Of a stretch of DNA of 64,000 nucleotides, positions 9,295-18,582 are shown one piece after another. Source of the DNA: an uncultured Planctomycetota bacterium (GTDB lineage Bacteria > Planctomycetota > PLA2 > JAEUHO01); NCBI GenBank assembly GCA_963752285.1, contig CAVVXN010000005.1:128001-192000 (forward strand), given 5' to 3'. Numbering within the stretch: the first letter of the stretch is position 1; each line of letters opens with the position of its first letter. Below the pieces are notes generated by a model that was given only the letters and a program-made list of their open reading frames with translations, searched no databases and was not told the origin of the DNA. A program made the translations under genes and the position numbers.

Positions 9295-10182
9295 ATGAAG
9301 CGCACCGTCCTGATCGTCGGCGACCGGCGGAAGCAGGGCGTTGCGGAGGCGGTGGCCACCCACCGCCCCGCCCTCGAGCGCGTCTTGGACGTCGTGGGCG
9401 TGGACCTCGACGAGGAGATCGACCTCGCCACGGCCGAGGCCGACCTCGTCCTCGTGTTCGGCGGCGACGGCTCGATCCTCCACGTTGCCCGTCGCCTCGG
9501 GAGGAACCCCCTCCCGGTGCTCGGAGTGAACTACGGGCACATCGGGTTCCTCGCCGACCTCGAGCCCCAGGACCTCGACCAGGGCATCCGGCGGTGGCTC
9601 GAGGGACGCCACGTCCTGTCCGAACGCCGACGCTTCCTCGTCCGTTTCCTCCGGAACGGCGAGGAGGTCTGGAAGCTCCTCGCGTTCAACGACGTGGTGG
9701 TCGGACGCCGGCAGCTGGGAGGGATGGTGGACGTGGACGTCGGCATCGACGGGCGGCCCGCCGTCACCTTCTCGGGGGACGGGCTCATCGTGGCCACGGC
9801 GTCGGGCTCCACCGCACACGCGCTCGCCGCGGGCGGGCCGCTGGTCGAGCCGACGACCGACGCGGTGCTCCTGGTCCCGATCGCGCCCCACGCTCTGAGC
9901 GCGCGGTCCCTCGTGTTGCAGAGCATGCGGCGGATCCAGCTCTCCGTGCGGAGCCGGCACCGGCTCGGCGACGTCACGGTGGACGGGGCGCCCCCGCAGC
10001 CGCTCGAGCCCGGCGACGTCGTGGACGTCAGCGACGCGAAGGCGCCGCTCCGGCTCGTCCACGCGTCCGGGCGCTCCTTCTACGACGCGCTGCGGCACAA
10101 GCTCGGGTGGCGCGGCCGCTCGAACTACGGCCGTCACGGCGGGGAGGCGTGGGAAGAGGAAGCGGAGCCGCCCGCCCCGTGA
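9295..10182 (+). CDS. nadK: NAD kinase
   Basis: Motifs GGDG, GVNYGHIGFL, ND and GDGLIVATASGSTAHALAAGGP. Confidence 0.93.
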   Translation: MKRTVLIVGDRRKQGVAEAVATHRPALERVLDVVGVDLDEEIDLATAEADLVLVFGGDGSILHVARRLGRNPLPVLGVNYGHIGFLADLEPQDLDQGIRRWLEGRHVLSERRRFLVRFLRNGEEVWKLLAFNDVVVGRRQLGGMVDVDVGIDGRPAVTFSGDGLIVATASGSTAHALAAGGPLVEPTTDAVLLVPIAPHALSARSLVLQSMRRIQLSVRSRHRLGDVTVDGAPPQPLEPGDVVDVSDAKAPLRLVHASGRSFYDALRHKLGWRGRSNYGRHGGEAWEEEAEPPAP

Positions 10183-11081
10183 AGACCTCGCGCGCCCCCG
10201 CGCCGATCGGTTCCGAGATCGACCCGGTCCTCTTCCCGCCGGCCTTCCTCCGACTCCTGGCGGTCGTGCCGCGCGCGGTCGAGCGCCTGAGGACCGGCGT
10301 CGCGGAAGGGCGGCGCGCGTCGCCCGGCGAGGGGGGGCGCTACCTGTTCCGCGGCCACCGCGCCTACCGGCCCGGCGACGACCCCCGGCGCGTGGACTGG
10401 AAGGTGGCGGCGCGGCTCGGCCGCCTCCTCGTCCGCCAGTTCGACGCCGAGCGCGACGCGCTCACGGAGGTCTGGCTCGACGGCAGCGCGTCGATGGCGC
10501 CGCTCGGCGGCCGCGTCGCGAGCGCGCGCGCCGCGGCCATCGCCTGCGCGGTGGGCCTCGCGTCCGAGGGGCGCGCGCGGCTCGGCATCGTCGCGGACGG
10601 ACACGCGGACCTCCTGCTCGAGGCCGACCGACCCGGTCGGTTGCGCGCGTTCCTCGGCGCGCTCTCGGCGCGCGCGCCCGGCGGACGCGCGGACCTCGCG
10701 CAGGCGCTTCCGCGACTCGTCCGCCGCGTGCCGTGGGGCGCGCGGCTCCTCTTCGTTTCCGACCTCCTCTCGCGCGCGGACCCCGGCGTGCTCCACACCC
10801 TCGCCGGACGCGGCCTCCGCGGCGCGGTGCTCCACCTGCGCCTGCCCGAGGTGTACGCGCCCGAGCCGACGGAGGGCGTGACCGTGCGCGACGCCGAGAC
10901 GGGCGAGGAGCGGGCGCTCGCGCTCGACCGGGCGGGCGCCGCGCGCGTCGCCGCCGCCGCCGCCCGGCACGGCGACCGCTGGGCGCGGCACGCCGCCGCC
11001 GTGGGGCTCCTCTACCTGCCGTTCGCCCCGAGCACGCCCGAAGAGGTGCTCCTCCGGCGGCTCGTGGAGGAGGTCCCATGA
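10179..11081 (+). CDS. DUF58 family protein (MoxR/vWA-associated)
   Basis: Motifs F.GHRAYRPGDDPRRVDWKVAAR...VRQF, LDGSASM, VSD and DAETGE. The GTG start overlaps the nadK stop. Confidence 0.85.
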   Translation: MKTSRAPAPIGSEIDPVLFPPAFLRLLAVVPRAVERLRTGVAEGRRASPGEGGRYLFRGHRAYRPGDDPRRVDWKVAARLGRLLVRQFDAERDALTEVWLDGSASMAPLGGRVASARAAAIACAVGLASEGRARLGIVADGHADLLLEADRPGRLRAFLGALSARAPGGRADLAQALPRLVRRVPWGARLLFVSDLLSRADPGVLHTLAGRGLRGAVLHLRLPEVYAPEPTEGVTVRDAETGEERALALDRAGAARVAAAAARHGDRWARHAAAVGLLYLPFAPSTPEEVLLRRLVEEVP

Positions 11082-12620
11082 GCCTCGCGGCGCCCTGGGC
11101 GCTCGCCGGGCTCGTCGTCCTCCCGGTGCTGTACCTCCTCCACCGACGCCGCCGTCGCGTGCCGCCGGTCGTGATGCCGTCGCTCCTCTTCCTCTCGGAC
11201 GAGGCGACGGCGCACCCGCCGCGTCGGCGCCGGGTGGACGCCGAGCTCCTCCTGACGCTCGCGGCCGGGCTGCTCCTGGTCGCCGCCGCGACCGGTCCGT
11301 CGATCGTCGTCAACCCCGCGTCGCGCACGTTCCGCGTCGTGGTGTCGGGGGGCGCGCCGCTCCTCGCACGGAGCGTACGCGCGGCGTCGGACGGCGTCGT
11401 CGGCGCGATCGAGGCGGCCCGTCGTCCCGGCGACCGCGTGGACGTCCACGTCGTGCCCGAGGCGGGGCCCGACCGACCGCGGCCCGACGCGGGCGACCTG
11501 ATCGGCGTCGCGTGCGCCGGTGAGGCCGCCTGGCGCGCGGTCGTGTCGGACCGCCCGTCGCCCCCGACGCCCGGCGTCCACTGGATCGAGGTCGGCCGGG
11601 CCGAGACGCGAAACGCCGGGATCGTGCACGCGACGGTCCTGCCCGCGGAGGGGGGGCTCCAGGTCTTCGCGAACGTCGGCGTCGTCGCGCCGGAGGCCCT
11701 CGATCTCGAGGTCGTCGTCACGGCGGACGGGCGGGAGGCCGGACGGCGGGCCGAGCGTCTCGAGGACGGCGGCTACCTCGCCGCGACGTTCGCGGTGCCC
11801 GCCGAGACCGAGGACGTCGAGGTGCGCCTCGCGTCCTCCGACGGCGGCGCGTGGTCGGACGCGCTCCCGGCCGACGACGTCGTGCGCCTCTCCCGCCGGC
11901 CGCTCGCGCTCTACGTGGCGCCGGACGTGCCGCCGGCGATCGCGAGCGCGTTCTCGCGCGCCCTCGTCGCGGCGGTCGGCGCGGGCGGTGTCCGCGAGGT
12001 CCCCGAGGCGGATTCGGAGCTCGCCGTGCAGGTCGCGCCGCCCTCCGAAGGACACGGGCGGCTGGTCGTTGGTCCTCCATCCGCTCGCGCCGGGCGAGGC
12101 CGCGGTCTTCGCGCCCGACGCCCCCGACCTCCTTCGTCCCGACCCCCTCGTCCGCGACCTCTCCACGGCGGGCGTGACGCTCCGCTACGCGCGCTCCGCA
12201 CTCGGAGTCGGGGGCGAGGTGCTTCTCGGCCGCGGCGCGGCCTGGCCCGTCGTGGTCCGGACGGGGCGCGTCGTCCACTTCCTCCCCGACCCGGTCTCGG
12301 GCGCGCCGTCGCCCGCGGACGCCCCGCTCTGGCCGCTCTTCGTGGACGACCTCGCCCGGGTCGTGCACGGGCGCGCGGCGGGGTCCGCGCCGGGCTGGCG
12401 CGTGACCGGGCTCCTCGACCCCGACGCGAGCGCCCTCGGACGCCGCGCGTCGCCCTTCGACACGGGGACGCTCGCCGACGTGCCACCGGACCGCGCGCCC
12501 GACCGCATCCCGCTCCGCGTCCCGCTGGCCCTCGCGGCCCTCCTCGCGCTCGCGGGGCTCTGGATCGCGCCCGCGCTCCGGGTCGGCGAGCGGCGCCGTT
12601 TCGTCCCCCGCACCGACTGA
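11078..12620 (+). pseudogene. BatA N-terminal domain membrane protein with an apparent +1 frameshift near 12050
   Basis: The N-terminus is BatA-like (LAAPWALAGL..LPVLYLLH...PSLLFL). Protein-like coding switches to the 11520..12620 frame at about 12050 (DTGGWSLVLHPL...DPLVRDL...WPLFV...C-terminal TM), paralleling the intact paralog at 35572-37524. Confidence 0.7.
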
Positions 12621-12636
12621 CGGTACCCTCGACCGC

Positions 12637-13563
12637 ATGACCGGCGTGCCCCCGTCCCTCGAAGACCGCGCCCGCGGGGCGCTCCTCGGGCTCGCGTGCG
12701 GCGACGCGCTCGGCGCGCCGCTCGACGGCATGGGAAGGGAGTCGGCCCGCATCCGTCACGGCCGGGTGGACCGGTTCCTCGGCGGCGGGCAGCACCTCCT
12801 CGCGCCGGGCGACGTGACCGCGCGGGCGCTCCTCGCGCGTGCGCTCGCGACCACGCTCCTCGAGGGGCCGCCGTCCGTCGAGCGGGCGCTCGACGCGTAC
12901 GAGGCGGTGGCGCGCTCGGGCGCGGTCGGCCTCGGCGACGTCACGCGCGCCGTGCTGTCGCGGATCGCGTCGGGCACGGACCGCGCCGTCGCCGTCGCAG
13001 AGGCGCATGCAACGCTCGAGCGTCGTTCCGCGGGGATTGGGCCGGCGATCCGCGCCGTGCCCCTCGCGCTCCGGCTCCACGCCGAGCCCGAAGCGCTCGT
13101 CGAGGCGGTGCTCGCGGACGCGCGGTCCACCCACGCCGATCCGCGCGCGCACGCCGCGGCGGTCGCGCTCGCGCTCTGGGTGCGCGCGCACCTCGCCGGC
13201 GAGGACGACCCGGTCGTCGCGCTCGACGCGGTCCGCGAGGCGATGGCGCTCCGTCCCGAGCTGCCCGACGTGCTCCCCGCGCCGGCCGCGGTGTCGGGGT
13301 ACCCGGTCCGCGCGACGGCCTTCGCACCGGACGTGCTCCACGCCGTCGCCCGCCACGTCCTCGGCGCGCGGACCGTGGAGGCCGCCATCGTCGGCGCGGC
13401 GAACGAGGCCGGGCAGGCGTCCGCGATCGGAGCCGCCACGGGCGCGGTGGCCGGCGCACGGTTCGGCGCGGCGGCGCTGCCGAGGCGGTGGACCACGCTC
13501 CTCCGCGGAGCCGCGACGTGGCGGGCGCTCGCCGACCGGCTCGTCGCGGTCCCCGCGGCGTAG
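12637..13563 (+). CDS. ADP-ribosylglycohydrolase (DraG/ARH)-fold protein with catalytic motifs degenerate
   Basis: Motifs DRARGALLGLACGDALGAP, STH and GAVAGARFG..LP..W are present. The TDDT and DxDT metal-ligand motifs are absent. Confidence 0.8.
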   Translation: MTGVPPSLEDRARGALLGLACGDALGAPLDGMGRESARIRHGRVDRFLGGGQHLLAPGDVTARALLARALATTLLEGPPSVERALDAYEAVARSGAVGLGDVTRAVLSRIASGTDRAVAVAEAHATLERRSAGIGPAIRAVPLALRLHAEPEALVEAVLADARSTHADPRAHAAAVALALWVRAHLAGEDDPVVALDAVREAMALRPELPDVLPAPAAVSGYPVRATAFAPDVLHAVARHVLGARTVEAAIVGAANEAGQASAIGAATGAVAGARFGAAALPRRWTTLLRGAATWRALADRLVAVPAA

Positions 13564-13566
13564 CGC

Positions 13567-14835
13567 GTGCGACCGCTCGCACTCCTCGGTCTCGCGGGGC
13601 GCCGGCTGCTCGGCCGGCCGGTCCGCTCGTTCCTGCTCCTCCAGGGCACGGTGTGGGGCGTGGCGGTCGCGATCTTCCCGAGCGCCGTGATCGAGGGCTC
13701 GCGCGTCGCGATGCGCGAGCACGCGGCGCGGTACGGCGCCGACCGCGTCTCGATCGCGCCCGACCCGACCGCGCCGGGCGGCGCGCGCTTCGACCGAAGC
13801 GACCTCCTCGCGGTCGGGCGCGCGCTCGACGACGCGGGGGACGCGCCCGAGGCGATCGCCGGCGCGAAGGTCCTCGCGGTCGTGGGCGATCCCTCGGGCG
13901 ACCCCGAGAAGGCTGCGGCGCTCGTCGCGGCGACGCCGGGCGCGACGCGCGCGCGCGACCTCGTCCTCGCGCTCGGCCGCGCGCTCGCCCCGGGTGACGG
14001 TCCCGACGACTGCGTCGTCGAGGCGGGTGTCGCCCGGTGGCTCGGGCACGACGCCCTCCGGCCCGGCGACGACGTCGTCTGGCCGGGCGACGGCCGGCGC
14101 CTCCACGTCGTCGGCGTGCTCGCGCCCCCGGACGAAGTCCTGGCCCACACGAACGACATCGGCTTCGACGTGGACCACCCGCTCTACGCGAGCGTCGGGC
14201 GCGGCCTGCTCTACGCGCTCGGCGTGCCGATCGTGGCCGACGGGTGGAAGCGCTCGTCGCGCACCGTGTGGACGCCGCTCCAGGGCGACGACCTCGACTG
14301 GATCTTCCTCTCGGAGCCCGCGACGCGCGTCCGCGACGCGGCGGCGACCGCCTCGCGGGCCCTCGTCGCGCGCGGCCGGGCCCCCGTGACGCTCCACGCC
14401 CTCGTGATGCCGTTCCTCCTGGGCGAGCAGGTGGACCGCTTCGGCGCCGTCCGCGTCGCGCTCTTCCTCGCGTGCCTCGCGATGGGCGCGGTCGTGATGA
14501 CGAACCTGGGCCTCCTGACCGTGCTGAGGCGACGGCGCGAGATCGCGATCCGCCGTGTCGAGGGGGCGACCCGCGGCGACATCGCGGCGCAGGTGTTGTG
14601 GGAGGGCTTGCTCCTCTCGATCGTGGGCGCGGTCGTCGGATCGGGCCTCGGGATGCTCCTCGCGCGCCTCCGCGTCGCCCTGGAGGCGGCGTCGGGCTTC
14701 ACGTGGACGTTTCCGTGGCGGGACGCGTCGATCGCGATGGGCGTCGCACTCGCGATCGGGGCCCTCGCGTCGGCGATCCCCGCGCTCGAGGCCGCGCGCG
14801 CCGATCCCGTCGAGGGGCTGATGGACGATGCGTAG
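13567..14835 (+). CDS. ABC transporter permease, MacB/FtsX family
   Basis: N-terminal TM, periplasmic domain, RRREIAIRRVEGAT..DI..Q, and terminal A.ADPVEGL. Confidence 0.85.
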   Translation: MRPLALLGLAGRRLLGRPVRSFLLLQGTVWGVAVAIFPSAVIEGSRVAMREHAARYGADRVSIAPDPTAPGGARFDRSDLLAVGRALDDAGDAPEAIAGAKVLAVVGDPSGDPEKAAALVAATPGATRARDLVLALGRALAPGDGPDDCVVEAGVARWLGHDALRPGDDVVWPGDGRRLHVVGVLAPPDEVLAHTNDIGFDVDHPLYASVGRGLLYALGVPIVADGWKRSSRTVWTPLQGDDLDWIFLSEPATRVRDAAATASRALVARGRAPVTLHALVMPFLLGEQVDRFGAVRVALFLACLAMGAVVMTNLGLLTVLRRRREIAIRRVEGATRGDIAAQVLWEGLLLSIVGAVVGSGLGMLLARLRVALEAASGFTWTFPWRDASIAMGVALAIGALASAIPALEAARADPVEGLMDDA

Positions 14836-16129
14836 CCCGCGCGTCCTCCTCCTCCACGCGCCGCGGCTCGTGCGCCTCCTCGGTGTCGCGGCCGAGGGCC
14901 GGCGTCAGATCTTCCGCCATCCGCTCCGGAGCGTCCTCACCGCCGCGACCAGCGCGGTCGCCATCGCGGTCACCGTGAACGTGATCTCGCTCGTGTACGG
15001 GCTCGACCAGGACCTGCGCCAGGACGTGGCGCGCTTCGGCCGGCGCACGGTGGACGTCGGACGGCTGCCCGTGATCGCGCCCGGTCTCGAGCGGATGCCG
15101 CTCGGGCCGGACCAGGTGAAGGAGGTCGAGGACGCACTCGGCGGGCTCGACGTGACGATCGCGACGCGCCGGCTCGTGCGCGGGCGCGCGCGAGGCGACG
15201 CGGAGGAAGACCACCTGTCGTTCGCCGCGGTGCCCCCGGCGTACCTCCGGACGTTCGACGTGTCCCTCGCCGCCGGCCGGTTCCTCGAGGACGCGGACGA
15301 CCCGGCGTCGGTCGCCGTCCTCGACGCGAGCGTGGCCCGCGCGCTCTTCCCCGGCGTGCCGCTCGACCGGGTGATCGGGCGGTCGATCGAGACCACGACC
15401 ACCGCCGGCGCGGGCACCCGTCGCGTCGTCGGCGTGCTCGAGGACCCGATCCGCTACCGCGGCATGTTCGAGTCGTTCGACGAGGCCCGCGGCGCGCGGA
15501 CGCTCACGAGCGGCCTCCTCTCGTTCCGGAACGTCTACCTGCCGCGCCACGCGCTCGGCGAGGGCGAGCTCGCGGGCGTGAGCGTCGTGGCGGCGCGCGA
15601 GGAGGACGTCGGCGAGATCGCGCGTCGCCTCCGTCGCCTCTGGCCGCCCCGCTCGTCGGACCCGCTCCTCTCGCTCCAGAGCGTCGGCGTGTTCGTGCGG
15701 CGCGAGTGGATGGACCTCTTCGGGCAGAACACCCAGACGGGCGCGTTCCTCGGGAACGTGGTGTGGATCATCGTCGTGGGCGTCGCCGTGATCATGCTGA
15801 CGACCCTCGCGCTCCTGACGATCCGCGAGCGCTACGACGAGCTCGCGATCCGCCGCGTGGAGGGGGCCACGCGGAGCGACGTAGCCTGGCAGGTCACGGT
15901 CGAGGGCACGATCCTCTCGCTCGTCGGGGGCCTGGCGGGGCTCCCGGTGGGCCTCGTGGGCGCCGAGCTCCTGAAGCGCATCGTGGATTTCCCGTTCCGC
16001 TTCGAGACCCGCTACGCCCTGATCGCCACGGGCGTCTCGGTGGCTCTGGGGCTCGCGGCCTCCGTGCTGCCCGCGCGGCGCGCGGCGTCGCTCGAGCCCG
16101 CGCGTGTGCTCTCGCGGAGGCTCACGTGA
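14828..16129 (+). CDS. ABC transporter permease, MacB/FtsX family
   Basis: Motifs HPLRSVLT, GRFL and ERYDELAIRRVEGAT, ending PARRAASLEP. Confidence 0.87.
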   Translation: MRSPRVLLLHAPRLVRLLGVAAEGRRQIFRHPLRSVLTAATSAVAIAVTVNVISLVYGLDQDLRQDVARFGRRTVDVGRLPVIAPGLERMPLGPDQVKEVEDALGGLDVTIATRRLVRGRARGDAEEDHLSFAAVPPAYLRTFDVSLAAGRFLEDADDPASVAVLDASVARALFPGVPLDRVIGRSIETTTTAGAGTRRVVGVLEDPIRYRGMFESFDEARGARTLTSGLLSFRNVYLPRHALGEGELAGVSVVAAREEDVGEIARRLRRLWPPRSSDPLLSLQSVGVFVRREWMDLFGQNTQTGAFLGNVVWIIVVGVAVIMLTTLALLTIRERYDELAIRRVEGATRSDVAWQVTVEGTILSLVGGLAGLPVGLVGAELLKRIVDFPFRFETRYALIATGVSVALGLAASVLPARRAASLEPARVLSRRLT

Positions 16130-16797
16130 GCGAGGCCCTGATCCGCTTGGAGGCGGTGTCGCGCACGTACCTCGGCGCCGCGCAACCGGTACCGGCGCTC
16201 CGCCCGCTCTCGCTCGAGGTGGCGCGGGGCGAGATGCTCGCCGTGACCGGTCCCTCCGGCTCGGGGAAGTCCACGCTCCTCCATCTCCTCGGCTGCCTCG
16301 ACCGCCCGACGACCGGGCGCTACCTCCTCGACGGCCGCGACGTGTCGGCGCTCTCCGACCGGGTCCTCGCGCGGATCCGAAACGCCACGATCGGCTTCGT
16401 GTTCCAGCGCTTCCACCTCCTGCCCGACGAGTCGGCGCTCTCGAACGTGACGCTGCCGCTCCTCTACGCGGGGGTCGAGCGCGGCGAGCGGCGCCGTCGC
16501 GCGCTCGAGGCGCTGGAGCGCGTGGGGCTCGGGGCCCGCGCCGGGCACCGTCCGGGTCACCTCTCGGGCGGCGAGCAGCAGCGCGTGGCGATGGCCCGCG
16601 CGCTCGTGAAGCGGCCCACGCTCCTCCTCGCCGACGAGCCCACGGGGAACCTCGACAGCGCCGCCGGCGGTCGGGTGCTCGATCTCGTGGACGAGGCGAA
16701 CCGCGAGGGGACGACGGTCGTGCTCATCACGCACGAGCCCGCGGTCGCCGCCCGCGCGGGCCGGAGGATCCGCCTCGAGGACGGCGCCGTCGTCTGA
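16126..16797 (+). CDS. ABC transporter ATP-binding protein (LolD/MacB-like)
   Basis: Walker A GPSGSGKST, Q-loop GFVFQ, signature LSGGEQQR, Walker B LLLADEPTGNLD and ITH. The GTG start overlaps the permease stop. Confidence 0.95.
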   Translation: MSEALIRLEAVSRTYLGAAQPVPALRPLSLEVARGEMLAVTGPSGSGKSTLLHLLGCLDRPTTGRYLLDGRDVSALSDRVLARIRNATIGFVFQRFHLLPDESALSNVTLPLLYAGVERGERRRRALEALERVGLGARAGHRPGHLSGGEQQRVAMARALVKRPTLLLADEPTGNLDSAAGGRVLDLVDEANREGTTVVLITHEPAVAARAGRRIRLEDGAVV

Positions 16798-16836
16798 CGC
16801 CCGCCTGCCGGGGGGGCTGAGCGGTGCGGCGGGCCC

Positions 16837-16874
16837 TTGACAGGAGCCGGTCGAAGTATAAGTAGGTGCTTATG
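16837..16874 (+). promoter_or_regulatory. Sigma70-type promoter with overlapping ArsR/SmtB-type inverted-repeat operator
   Basis: TTGACA at 16837-16842 and an AT-rich -10-like region at 16857-16864. An imperfect inverted repeat TATAAGTA-GG-TGCTTATG (16857-16874) overlaps the ATG. Confidence 0.6.
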
Positions 16875-17378
16875 CGTTCAGGCGGGTGCTGTTCGGGGGG
16901 GGCCGGGCTCGAGGTCGCGGCGACGGCGAAGTTCTTCCGCGGGCTGGGCGACGCGTCGCGGCTCCGGATCGCGGTCGCTCTCCTCGAGGGGCCGTGCTCC
17001 GTCGGCGAGCTCGTGCGGGCGACGGGGCTGTCGCAGCCCAACGCCTCGACGCATCTGGCGTGCATGCGGTGCTGCGGGCTCGTCGAGTTCGAGCAGCGGG
17101 GGCGCCGCCGCTACTACAGGCTCGCGGACGCCGAGCTCGTGAAGATGCTCGGGATGGCCGGCGCCATCGTGCAGCGGGCCCGCGAGTCGATCCTCGCCTG
17201 CAGCCGCTACGAGTCGGAGTCGCGCGCCGACGGGAGGACCTCGAATGCGGACGGTCGTGCTCCTCGGGCTCGCGAGCGCGCTCGGCGGCTGCGCCGTGCC
17301 GCCGCCTCCGGCGCCGAGCCTGGCGACGTCGCCCGCGGTCGCCCCCGTCGTCCTGTCCGCGTCCGGCCCGGCGGCTAG
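16872..17378 (+). CDS. ArsR/SmtB family metal-sensing repressor, CmtR-like
   Basis: F.GLGD.SRLRI...SVGELV...LSQPNASTHLACMRCCGLV...YYRL. It has Cys in helix 4, a C-terminal Cys (ILAC) and an N-terminal CC. The ORF overlaps the next gene by 134 nt. Confidence 0.88.
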   Translation: MRSGGCCSGGAGLEVAATAKFFRGLGDASRLRIAVALLEGPCSVGELVRATGLSQPNASTHLACMRCCGLVEFEQRGRRRYYRLADAELVKMLGMAGAIVQRARESILACSRYESESRADGRTSNADGRAPRARERARRLRRAAASGAEPGDVARGRPRRPVRVRPGG

Positions 17379-18582
17379 GTCGGGGGCTCCCGAGGGCGAT
17401 CCGGCGGTCGCGAGGCTCTTGGCGCTGACGGATCGGGCGAATCCCGTCCTGGCCGCGGAGCGAAAGGGGATCGACGTGGCCACCGCCGCGGTCTGGCAGG
17501 CCGAGCTCGCCCCGAACCCCACGCTGGAGGCGGAGGTCGAGGACTACCGTCTCGGCGTCGGCTCGTGGCACGGGTCCACGCGGCGCGTCGGCGTGAGCGT
17601 TCCGCTCGTCGTGAGCGGAAGGCTTCGGGCGGCCCGCACCGCCGCGGAGGCGGAGCGGGACGTGAAGCGGCTCCAGTACGTCTCGAAGCGCGAGGAGGTG
17701 TTCCTCGAGGTCCGCCGGGCGTACGTGGACCTCGCGGCGGCGCGCCGGCTCCACGAGGTGGCGGTCGCGGCGCGAGACCTCGCCGCGGGGCTGGTCGAGA
17801 CGGTGCGGGCCCGCCACCAGGCGGGGGTGGCGCCCGAGTCCGAGGTGTGGCGCACCGAGATCGAGCGATCGAGGGCCGAGAGCGACGTCGAAACCACGGC
17901 CCGCGACGTCGAGGCCGCCCGGCGCGTGCTCGACGCGGCCGTGGGGGCGCCCGTTCCCGGCGCCGTCGCCGACGCCTCCGTGCTCGCGGCGGGCTACGAG
18001 GTCCCCTCGTGGGAGGCCCTCCGGGCCTTGACGGCCAAGCACCGCGAGGTCGGCGTGGCGAGGTCCGAGGCGGTCGCCGCGCGCACGCGGATCGAGCTCG
18101 CCCAAGCGGAGACGTTTCGCGATCCCGACCTGCACGTGAGCGCCGGCGAGAACGAGGCCGGCGACTCCGTCGTCGGCCTCGGCGTGGGCGTGCCTCTGCC
18201 CTTGAACGACCGGGGGCAAGCCCGCCTCGCCTCGGCGCGGGCCGCCTACGAGGCCGCGGTCCTCCGCGTGGAGGGCGTCCGACGGGACGTAGAGCGTAGA
18301 GGCGCGGGTCTCTACCGCGACTTCGTCACGGCGGAGGAGCGCGCGCGCCGGTACGAGAACGAGATCCTGCCCGCCGCCGAGAAGGCGCTCGAGCAGACAC
18401 GCGCGGGGTACGAGGTGGGCAAGCTCCCGTATCTCGAGGTGCTCGACGCGCGCCGGACCCTCGCCGAAGCCCGCGTGGCGCACGTCCAGGCCCTGGCTGA
18501 CATGAATCGAGCCGCACAGGAGATCGAGTCGTTCCTCTGCGTGTATCTGGTCCCCACGACTCGGGAGGAGATGAGCTCGTGA
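17245..18582 (+). CDS. czcC: Outer membrane efflux protein, TolC/CzcC family (lipoprotein)
   Basis: GGAGG RBS and lipobox LGGC. Motifs PNPTL, VPLPL.DR.Q and Y..G..PYLEVLDARR. Confidence 0.88.
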   Translation: MRTVVLLGLASALGGCAVPPPPAPSLATSPAVAPVVLSASGPAARSGAPEGDPAVARLLALTDRANPVLAAERKGIDVATAAVWQAELAPNPTLEAEVEDYRLGVGSWHGSTRRVGVSVPLVVSGRLRAARTAAEAERDVKRLQYVSKREEVFLEVRRAYVDLAAARRLHEVAVAARDLAAGLVETVRARHQAGVAPESEVWRTEIERSRAESDVETTARDVEAARRVLDAAVGAPVPGAVADASVLAAGYEVPSWEALRALTAKHREVGVARSEAVAARTRIELAQAETFRDPDLHVSAGENEAGDSVVGLGVGVPLPLNDRGQARLASARAAYEAAVLRVEGVRRDVERRGAGLYRDFVTAEERARRYENEILPAAEKALEQTRAGYEVGKLPYLEVLDARRTLAEARVAHVQALADMNRAAQEIESFLCVYLVPTTREEMSS

